From: a virus
Lineage: Duplodnaviria; Caudoviricetes
IMG/VR virus record: IMGVR_UViG_3300037461_000357
Coordinates: 1 to 27,531 of that record
Reading direction: 5' to 3' (one strand)
DNA: 27,531 nt
The notes under the pieces were generated by a model. That model ran no database searches. It saw nothing but the letters and a program-made list of their open reading frames with translations, and had not been told where the DNA came from. Positions 1 to 7,355 of the stretch are shown here, piece after piece. A program made the translations under genes and the position numbers. Positions within the stretch are counted from its first letter, which is position 1. Each line of letters begins with the position of its first letter.

Positions 1-948
1 GAGGCCGGGCTGGTCGATCTGGCCGCCACGCCGGGCTACATCGTCGACGGCGAGCAGTTGCGCGATGGCTTTGCGATCTACAAGGAGGATTCGATCTACA
101 TGATGCAGTACGTGGGTGGGCAGTTCGTGATGAACATCCGCGACGTGAGCAAGACGACGGGTGCGCTGACGCAGCGGTGCGCGCGTGAGTTCTATGGCCG
201 GCACTTCGTCATGGCGCAGGACGACATCATCGTCCACGATGGCCAGACCATCAATTCGCTGGCCGACAAGCGCATCCGCCGCAAGCTGTTCAGCGACATC
301 GACCCGAGCTACTACCTGAACAGTTACGTGACGCGCAACCTCGCGCGGCAGGAGATGTGGCTGTGCTACACCGAGGTCGGCGCGACGCTGCCTACGCGGG
401 CGGCCGTGTGGAACTGGCGCGACAACACCTGGACGTTTCGCGAGCTGCCGGACATGCCGCACATCGCCTTCGGCGTGCTGCCGACCGGCACGGGCTCGTC
501 GGTGTGGGACGCTGACAATGCCTCGTGGGACTCGGACACCGAGACGTGGGGCGAGCGGCTCTACAACCCGGCGCAGCAGCGGCTGATCGGCGTGACGGCC
601 AACGACCTGTTCGCGCTCGACCAGACGACGCTGTTCGGCGCTGACCCGATTGACTCCTACCTGATCCGCGAGGGCATCCTGCTCGACAGTCAGCCGACGC
701 TGAAGATGCTCAAGGCCGTGTACCCGAGGGCGCAGGGCGGCGCGATGCAGGTGTCGGTTGGAGCGCGCTTCAGCGTGGCCGATCCCTACACCTGGGAGGG
801 GCCGTACACCTTCACGCCAGGGACCGACAGCGTGGTTCGGGTGCGCAGCACGGGACGCTTCCACGCGATCAAGTTCTGTTTCTGCGCGAGCGGCGCCTCG
901 TCGCTGCACGGTTACGACCTGGAATACGAGGTGGTAGGCAGGCGATGA
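1..948 (+). CDS. Tail nozzle/hub protein (P22 gp10 / T7 gp12-like), 5'-truncated by window edge
   Basis: Frame is open from base 1 (EAGLVDLAATPGYIVDGEQLRDGF...). Beta-rich W/Y-rich sequence, located upstream of needle-like and ejection genes as in podoviruses. Confidence 0.65.
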   Translation, partial: EAGLVDLAATPGYIVDGEQLRDGFAIYKEDSIYMMQYVGGQFVMNIRDVSKTTGALTQRCAREFYGRHFVMAQDDIIVHDGQTINSLADKRIRRKLFSDIDPSYYLNSYVTRNLARQEMWLCYTEVGATLPTRAAVWNWRDNTWTFRELPDMPHIAFGVLPTGTGSSVWDADNASWDSDTETWGERLYNPAQQRLIGVTANDLFALDQTTLFGADPIDSYLIREGILLDSQPTLKMLKAVYPRAQGGAMQVSVGARFSVADPYTWEGPYTFTPGTDSVVRVRSTGRFHAIKFCFCASGASSLHGYDLEYEVVGRR

Positions 949-1394
949 GATACACGCCGGATGCGCCGCCGCGCAACCCCACGCCGGACCAGCTCGCCGA
1001 ATACCTGCTGCGCGAGTTCGACCGCATCTCGGCGACGCTGGATCACCCGGAGGCGACGCAGATCAACTACGGCAAGGAGGTCAAGAACGTCGCCGATGGA
1101 CCGACGCTGACGATCAAGTGGAAGGCTGGGCAGAAGCAGCGCATAGAATTGGAGCAGGACTGCACGATTGCATTCGCGCCGCCGGAGGGCGTGTGCAACC
1201 TGATGCTGCGGCTCGTGTACAGCGACGATGTTACGCCGACGCTGCCGTGCGACATGCACTGGACGGGCGGCGTTGAGCCGACCTGGAGCGCGACGACCGG
1301 CGCAGTGGACGTGATCGCCATGTACTTCGATGGCACGCACTACCACTCGACGGCGAGCATCGACAGCAAGTCCGCCTGCGTGATACCGGGCTGA
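945..1394 (+). CDS. Tail needle/fibre-like protein (N-terminal helix plus C-terminal beta knob)
   Basis: ATGA overlap with upstream gene. N-terminal helix (LAEYLLREFDRISATL), then a phage-tail-type beta domain (W-TGG-x-P-T-W-S...DVI...DGT-x-Y). Confidence 0.5.
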   Translation: MRYTPDAPPRNPTPDQLAEYLLREFDRISATLDHPEATQINYGKEVKNVADGPTLTIKWKAGQKQRIELEQDCTIAFAPPEGVCNLMLRLVYSDDVTPTLPCDMHWTGGVEPTWSATTGAVDVIAMYFDGTHYHSTASIDSKSACVIPG

Positions 1395-1400
1395 CGGGAC

Positions 1401-2213
1401 ATGGCCATACCGCAAGGAGCGACGGCAGGCGTCGGGCTGGTCAATCTGGTCAACGTCAAGTTCGGCCCGCAAGGCGCAACCGCTTACCAGCAGTTCTTTC
1501 GCAATACGGATTACGACAACGACTGCGTGCTGGTGGCTCGTTACGTTGACCTCCCTGGCGGCTTTTCTACGTTCGTGGGGGTCACGGTTCTCGGCGTCGT
1601 GACCATCGCTCAGGCATATCTTGACAGCGTGTTCTGCGATTCTGGCCGGTTCACGTTCCGCGTGGGCCTGACGTTGTTGCAAAGCGACTACGGCAGCAGC
1701 AGAGCGAACTATGGCACGTCACAGTACCCGACTGGGTATGCGCCCGTGCCGACCGCGAGCCAAACGGGACGGCTATTGCGGGTCGGGCCGACGCGCACCT
1801 ACACCACGGTCATCGCCGCCTATAACGCGGCACAGCATGGCGACGACATCGTCATCGACGCAGGCACCTATGACTGCAATGCGTTTCACGGCGCTGCCGG
1901 CGGCACGGTGCTGAAGAAGTGCGTCAGGTTCTGGGGAGCGACCGAAGACCCTGACGATGTGGTCCTGACCAACGACGGCACCTGTGACTACGGTTGCGGG
2001 TTCTTTCAGTGGTATCCCAACCACATGGGCAACGTGCCAGAAGCCATACGCGCGCCGGGATTCTTTCACGTCACGATCACGCGGGCCTACGAGGACACGT
2101 ACGAGTCGACCCACTCGATGTTCGGAGACTTTGCCGTAGACCAGAACCCATACAACCCGCCACCGCCGACGCCGACCGTGCCGGCCGCCATCATGTTCTC
2201 GTGCAATACATGA
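1401..2213 (+). CDS. Tail-associated protein with right-handed beta-helix cap motif
   Basis: RVGPTRTYTTVIAAYNAAQHGDDIVIDAGTY resembles the N-cap of pectin-lyase-like beta-helices. The 5' half looks less GC-rich than its neighbours. Confidence 0.45.
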   Translation: MAIPQGATAGVGLVNLVNVKFGPQGATAYQQFFRNTDYDNDCVLVARYVDLPGGFSTFVGVTVLGVVTIAQAYLDSVFCDSGRFTFRVGLTLLQSDYGSSRANYGTSQYPTGYAPVPTASQTGRLLRVGPTRTYTTVIAAYNAAQHGDDIVIDAGTYDCNAFHGAAGGTVLKKCVRFWGATEDPDDVVLTNDGTCDYGCGFFQWYPNHMGNVPEAIRAPGFFHVTITRAYEDTYESTHSMFGDFAVDQNPYNPPPPTPTVPAAIMFSCNT

Positions 2214-2722
2214 TCGCCTTTCGCGTCTACGGCCTGCCGCGGAGCGGCACGACCTGGGTGGCCAACTGGCTGACGACTGACGGCACCATCTGCTGGCACG
2301 ATCCCATCGAGTGGGCGACGCCGGCCGACATCGAGGCGTGGGCTGCCAAGCAGCAGCCGCGCCGCGCCGGCATCAGTTGCACCGGTACGTGGCTGCGCGA
2401 GTGGGACAGCTATGCGCCGACGATCCTGCTGGACCGGCCGATTGACGCGGTGCGGGCCTCGCTCGCACGCAATGGCCTGCCGCCGCTGCCGGACTGGGCG
2501 ATCCAGCGGTTCAGGGCATTGCCGTTTCTGCGCGTCGAGCTGCGCGAGCTGCTGCAGCCGGGCTACGCGCGCGACGTGTGGGGCTACCTGCTGCCCGGCC
2601 TGCCGTTCGACGCCGAGCGGCACGAGCAGTTGCGCAAGATGAAGATTGAGCCGAGCGCCGCAGAGATGCAGCGCGCCCGCAATGCAATGACACAGAGGAC
2701 AGAGCCATGTGGGGAGCAATAA
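2210..2722 (+). CDS. Sulfotransferase-like P-loop protein (170 aa)
   Basis: ATG 2210 in ATGA overlap. Begins MIAFRVYGLPRSGTTWVANWL, matching the PAPS 5'-phosphosulfate-binding loop G-x-P-R-S-G-T-T, followed by HDP. Confidence 0.65.
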   Translation: MIAFRVYGLPRSGTTWVANWLTTDGTICWHDPIEWATPADIEAWAAKQQPRRAGISCTGTWLREWDSYAPTILLDRPIDAVRASLARNGLPPLPDWAIQRFRALPFLRVELRELLQPGYARDVWGYLLPGLPFDAERHEQLRKMKIEPSAAEMQRARNAMTQRTEPCGEQ

Positions 2723-3654
2723 TCTCGGCGGCCGGCGGGATCGCTAGCGGCCTACTGAGCGGCGGCAACGGCAAGCAGACGGAGACGACGAGCAATGCGC
2801 CGTGGGCCGGTGTCTCTGACTACCTGCAGAGAAACTTGTCCAACGCGCAGTACATGGAGAATCGCCCGAAGTACTTCTTCCCCTACCAGACCTATGCCGA
2901 GCGGTCGCCGCTGACGCAGGCGTCGCAGCAGGCACTGCTGGGGTATGCGGCGAACATCGCGCCGAGCCTGTCGATGTCCGGCATCGGCGGGCTTGGGTCG
3001 CTGCTCAACAGCATCGACGTGGCGAGCAACCCCTACGTCAACAACATGATCGCGGCGCAGGGCCAGGGCATCACCGACAAGCTCACGCGCCAGTGGCTGC
3101 CGGCCATCCGTAGCGGCGCGAGCCTGTCTGGCCAGTACGGCGGCAGCCGGCAGGGCCTTGCCGAGGGCCTCGCGATGGGCGAGGCGTCCAAAGCGTTCGC
3201 CGACGCGGCGGCGCAGACGCAGCTCGGCGCCTACGGGCAGGGCCTGGACGCGCAGGCGCGGGCGCTGCAGTTGATGCCGTCGATCAGTCAGCTTGGGATG
3301 CTCCCGGCGATGACGCTCGGCCAGGTCGGCGGCGCCGAGGAGGCGTACCGGCAGCAGGTGATCGACGACTCGATGGCGCGCTGGAACTACGCCACCGAGG
3401 AGCCGTATCAGCGCATCGGCTGGGCCGGCGGGCTGTACAGCGGCATCTCGCCGTATGGCACGCAGACGCAGACGAGTGCGGGTGGCGGGTCGAGCCCGTG
3501 GGCGACCGGCATCGGCACGGCGATGAGCCTTTACGGCCTTGGGCAGGGCACCAACGGCAAGCCTGGGCTGTGGGACAGGGTTGGGAGCTGGTTCAGCAGC
3601 GTCCCGAAGACGACGCCGACCGGGTTCGGTGGCGCTGGGCAACTGGAAGGATAA
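2707..3654 (+). CDS. DNA ejection/pilot protein (P22 gp7-like position)
   Basis: Hydrophobic Gly/Ala N-terminus (MWGAIISAAGGIASGLLSGG), TTSNAPW and GQYGGSRQGLAE segments typical of podovirus ejection proteins. Confidence 0.65.
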   Translation: MWGAIISAAGGIASGLLSGGNGKQTETTSNAPWAGVSDYLQRNLSNAQYMENRPKYFFPYQTYAERSPLTQASQQALLGYAANIAPSLSMSGIGGLGSLLNSIDVASNPYVNNMIAAQGQGITDKLTRQWLPAIRSGASLSGQYGGSRQGLAEGLAMGEASKAFADAAAQTQLGAYGQGLDAQARALQLMPSISQLGMLPAMTLGQVGGAEEAYRQQVIDDSMARWNYATEEPYQRIGWAGGLYSGISPYGTQTQTSAGGGSSPWATGIGTAMSLYGLGQGTNGKPGLWDRVGSWFSSVPKTTPTGFGGAGQLEG

Positions 3655-3664
3655 GGACACGCAC

Positions 3665-4090
3665 ATGACGACCGAAGAAATCATGGCCTTGATCAACGCC
3701 GCGCGATCCGCTGGCGGCATGGGGTTGTCGCTCAGTGACAGATTCGCCATGGCCAGCGGAGCGGCGCCTGGCGGCGCGGCAGCGCCCGCCTACCCGATGC
3801 CCATCGGCATGTCCGGCGGTGGCGGTGGAGGAGGCGGTGGCGGCGGCGACAGCAGCGCCTATTACGCGCCGGGCACGAGCGTCTACAACCCGCAGAACTT
3901 CACCGGCTTCAGCGGGCCGACTGCGCCGCACGCGCCGGCAAAGGCGCCCTACTCGCCCGCGCCGCCCTGGCTGGGCGCCCTGCCGGGCATGAGCGGCCCG
4001 ATGGCGCCGCTCTACCAGTTCAAGCCGTGGCAGCCGGCGGCGCAGATGCCGGGTATCACGGGCCTGCTCGGGCGCTATTACGGAGCCTGA
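3665..4090 (+). CDS. Gly/Pro-rich low-complexity virion/ejection protein (141 aa)
   Basis: AAGGA SD then ATG 3665 (MTTEEIMALINAAR). Poly-Gly tract; ends GITGLLGRYYGA. Confidence 0.6.
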   Translation: MTTEEIMALINAARSAGGMGLSLSDRFAMASGAAPGGAAAPAYPMPIGMSGGGGGGGGGGGDSSAYYAPGTSVYNPQNFTGFSGPTAPHAPAKAPYSPAPPWLGALPGMSGPMAPLYQFKPWQPAAQMPGITGLLGRYYGA

Positions 4091-4092
4091 CG

Positions 4093-5586
4093 GTGCGCGC
4101 GTACCCGGCGCCGGACCAGGCGGCAGTCGTCCAGCGCATCGCCATGGAGGAGGGCGTGGACCCGCGCGTCCTGCTCGCGATCTGGGAGCAGGAGAGTGGT
4201 CGGAGCATTGACCCAGAGCTGCGCGGCCAGACGCTGACGAGTGGGCGATGGGCAGGGCACGTTGCGCGCGGCCCGTTCCAGATCATGTCGTTCCACGGGC
4301 CGATTCCCGAGGACTTCGAGGGGCAGGCGCGGTGGGCGGCCAAGCACCTCAAGGAGCGCGGCGTGCGCGGCTACTACGGCGAGGGCAAGGCGCCTGCCGG
4401 GTTTCCGAGCACGGACGAGTACGAGCGGCAGGTGCTTGCAAAGGCCGGCATGGCCGATGTGCCGCAGGGGTTACTGGGACAGGGTCAGGCGGCGCAGGTG
4501 CCGCAGGTACAGCCGCCGATGCGGCAGGAGGCGCAGATGGACGAGGAGCTGCTTGGCGGCGGTGCCATGGGAACGCTGCTCGACAATCCCTGGCTGATGC
4601 TGGGGGCGTCGATCCTGGCCAACAACGACAGTCGCAACACCGGCCGGGTGCTCGGCAAGGGCCTGCTGACGGGCATGGCCGGGATGGGGCGGCAGCGTGA
4701 GGCGCGGGCGCTGGAGCAGTACCGGCGGCAGCAGTTGCAGGCGCAGCAGAATCCGCGCAGCGCCAACATCGCGGAGTACGAGTACCTACGCCAGCAGGGC
4801 GTGCCGCACGACCAGGCGATGCGCTACTCGTTCGCTGGCAATGCCGGCTATGGTGAGCGCGGCATGATGATGGGCAACGTCCCGATGGTGCAGGTCACCA
4901 ACCCGGACGGGACCACGAGCCTCCGACCAATGGCACCAGAGGAGCTGGAGTATCGGCGCGGCGTGATCGAAGAGGAAAAGCGCACCGCGTCGAAGGGCGA
5001 GGGCTACGGCAAGCAGACGGCCGACCTGACCGAGCAGATCAACAAGGTGGCACTGAGCGCGCCCTCGCTGATCAAGCAGACTGACCAGCTCATCGCAGAC
5101 ATCGAAGGCGGCAAGTACCGCGACACAGGCCCGATCACCGGGCGCCTCACCGAGTACTGGTCGCCTGAGATCGCCGACCTGCAGTTCAAGGCGACGGAGC
5201 AGGTGCTGCAAAACCTGCAGATCGTCAACCTGGCGCCGGTCACGATCAAGGAACTGGAGCTGATGGGGCAGTTGTACGCAGGCGCGTACAAGACGCCAGA
5301 GCAGAACCTCGCCGTGCTGCGCTACCTCAACGGCCGGGCCAAGGAGCGTCTGCGCCGGATGCGCAAGCTCGGCAAGTACCTGTCGTCTGGCGGCAAGATC
5401 GAGGACCTGCCGCAGTGGGTGGAGGACGAGTTCGATCCGTTCGACGAGACGGCTCCACTGCCCAACTTCCAGGCCGAGCCCACGACGCCTGCGGTGCCTG
5501 CCGTGGTGCCGCAGAAGCCGGCCGGGATGCCTGACGAGCAGTGGCAGGAACTGCTGCGCCTGCGCGGCATGACGGGAGGACGCTGA
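4093..5586 (+). CDS. Ejection protein with N-terminal lytic transglycosylase (SLT/lysozyme-like) domain
   Basis: GTG 4093 two bases after the previous stop. GVDPRVLLAIWEQESG (catalytic E-S) and ARGPFQIM (GxxQ) SLT motifs, then a helical region. Confidence 0.7.
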   Translation: MRAYPAPDQAAVVQRIAMEEGVDPRVLLAIWEQESGRSIDPELRGQTLTSGRWAGHVARGPFQIMSFHGPIPEDFEGQARWAAKHLKERGVRGYYGEGKAPAGFPSTDEYERQVLAKAGMADVPQGLLGQGQAAQVPQVQPPMRQEAQMDEELLGGGAMGTLLDNPWLMLGASILANNDSRNTGRVLGKGLLTGMAGMGRQREARALEQYRRQQLQAQQNPRSANIAEYEYLRQQGVPHDQAMRYSFAGNAGYGERGMMMGNVPMVQVTNPDGTTSLRPMAPEELEYRRGVIEEEKRTASKGEGYGKQTADLTEQINKVALSAPSLIKQTDQLIADIEGGKYRDTGPITGRLTEYWSPEIADLQFKATEQVLQNLQIVNLAPVTIKELELMGQLYAGAYKTPEQNLAVLRYLNGRAKERLRRMRKLGKYLSSGGKIEDLPQWVEDEFDPFDETAPLPNFQAEPTTPAVPAVVPQKPAGMPDEQWQELLRLRGMTGGR

Positions 5587-5587
5587 C

Positions 5588-7246
5588 GTGCAGAACCTGC
5601 AATCGCTGACCAACGCGGCCCTGGAGCTTCGGCTGCGGCGCACGGCCGTGCAAGCGATGGCCGATGGGGACTGGGCGAAGGAACTGCAGGCCCGCCAGCT
5701 ACTGGCTCAACTGGCAAGCCCGGTGGACTACCGCGCGCAGGCGGCGCAGGGCATGGGCTCGCTGGAGGCCGGCGCGGTGGCCGCTGGCGCCGAGCTGAAC
5801 CGCCTGGGCACGGGCGCGCAGCGCATCGCTGGCAAGGTTCTGGGCGACGACGCGATGGTGGCCCAGAGCAGGGCCGCGGACGCCGAGCGGGCGGCGGCGA
5901 TGGCGCCGGTCGAGGCGGCCCACCCGATGGCGACCACGGTCGGCAACATGGTTCCCGGCATGGCGGTGCCAGGCGGTGCTGGCAGGACCCTGCTAGGGCG
6001 CGCGCTGGGGGCCGCAGCGGCCGGTACGGGCTACGAAATGCTCGGGGCGGGTGGTGACATTGGCGTGGGCGATGCGGCCAAGATAGGGGCGCTCTCGGCC
6101 GCAGGGAGCGCCGCGGGCGATCTGATCGGGCGCGGCCTGGCTGGCCATCCGCAGACGCGCGTGCTGAACCGGGCAGGTCCCGAGCACCGCCGGCTGGTGG
6201 GCGAGGCAGATCGGTTCGGTTGGGCGACCACGCCGGCCGAGCGGATGGACGCGCGCAACCTGCGCAAGATCGAGGCGGGCTGGGAGCGCAACCCGTACAT
6301 CGGCCGGGCCTTCGACGAGCTTCGGCAGGGCAACCAGGACAAGGCCAACCGGGTGGCGCTCGACGCCATCGGTGCTGGGCCGCGCATCGAGAAACTGTCA
6401 GACGACATCCTTGACGAGGCGCACCAGCGCATCGGCGCCGAGATGCGGCGGGCCGCTGGCGGGACCACGGTGCCGCTCGACAATGACGTGCTGAACGGGC
6501 TGGCCAACCTCGCGGCCGACGTGAGGACGACCATCGCGTCGACCAACGGCGACGAGATCAACAAGATGGTCGACAAGTTCCTCGACCGGATGGGCAAGTC
6601 CGGGGCGATGGACGTGGACGAGTACCTGAAGCAGGCGTCCGATCTGGCGACCAAGGCGCGCGACGCCTACCGGGCCGGCAAGTCTGACGTGAGCGTGGCC
6701 GCGTACCGGATGCGCGAGCTGCTGGACGATGCGTTCGAGCGGGCGTCCGGCGACCTGCCAGAACTGAAGGCCGCGCGGTCACAATGGCGCGCACTGAAGG
6801 AACTGGAGGCGCCCGGCGTGGTGCGGCAGGGCGACCTGTCCACGCCGACCCTCTACAACAAGCTCAAGCGGCTGCAGGGCGGGCGAGTGCGCGGCGACCG
6901 GGACCTCGACGAGGTGGCTCGCCTGGGGCACTACTTCGGGCAGCAGGTGCCCAACTCGGGCACGCCGACCGGGATGGCCGGGCAGGCCATGCTGCAGGGC
7001 GGGCCGAGGTCCTACATCGCTGCCAAGATCGGCGACCTGATGGGCAATGCGTACCTGAGCCGGTTGGGCTCGGCGGCGATCACCTCGCCCGGCCTGCTCG
7101 GGCTGCCGATGTCCCTCACCGGGATGACAGGCCCGATGGCGCAGGGGCTGCTCGATCTGGTTCCGACGCTGACGCAACGCGCGGGCCGGCAGATGGGCGT
7201 CGAGGAGGCGACCCGGCCTGCCGAATACGGCCTACCGCTGTTCTAG
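5588..7246 (+). CDS. Large Ala-rich helical ejection protein (552 aa)
   Basis: Long ORF with GC3-biased codons, hydrophobic Gly/Ala hairpin, PNSGT motif, located in the ejection cluster. Confidence 0.6.
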   Translation: MQNLQSLTNAALELRLRRTAVQAMADGDWAKELQARQLLAQLASPVDYRAQAAQGMGSLEAGAVAAGAELNRLGTGAQRIAGKVLGDDAMVAQSRAADAERAAAMAPVEAAHPMATTVGNMVPGMAVPGGAGRTLLGRALGAAAAGTGYEMLGAGGDIGVGDAAKIGALSAAGSAAGDLIGRGLAGHPQTRVLNRAGPEHRRLVGEADRFGWATTPAERMDARNLRKIEAGWERNPYIGRAFDELRQGNQDKANRVALDAIGAGPRIEKLSDDILDEAHQRIGAEMRRAAGGTTVPLDNDVLNGLANLAADVRTTIASTNGDEINKMVDKFLDRMGKSGAMDVDEYLKQASDLATKARDAYRAGKSDVSVAAYRMRELLDDAFERASGDLPELKAARSQWRALKELEAPGVVRQGDLSTPTLYNKLKRLQGGRVRGDRDLDEVARLGHYFGQQVPNSGTPTGMAGQAMLQGGPRSYIAAKIGDLMGNAYLSRLGSAAITSPGLLGLPMSLTGMTGPMAQGLLDLVPTLTQRAGRQMGVEEATRPAEYGLPLF

Positions 7247-7339
7247 CCGGCTGACCAGGGCGGCCACCACGAGCTGTAGCACGAACAAAGCCGCTGCCGC
7301 CACCGCTGGCGCGATGAGCGCAATCACGAATGCACGCAT
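7232..7339 (-). CDS. Unannotated 35-aa single-pass membrane peptide (candidate superinfection exclusion/immunity)
   Basis: Translated by hand: MRAFVIALIAPAVAAAALFVLQLVVAALVSRLEQR*. It fills the gap between two + strand genes. Extended -10 TGCTAGGCT ends 6 nt before the ATG, suggesting a leaderless mRNA. Confidence 0.5.
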   Translation of the reverse strand: MRAFVIALIAPAVAAAALFVLQLVVAALVSRLEQR

Positions 7340-7355
7340 TCCAGGAGCCTAGCAC

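Noticed and set aside
3814-3847. GGN tract as G-quadruplex or contingency repeat
   Set aside because: Mixed Gly codons encoding a poly-Gly linker; no homopolymer or frame-shifting unit.
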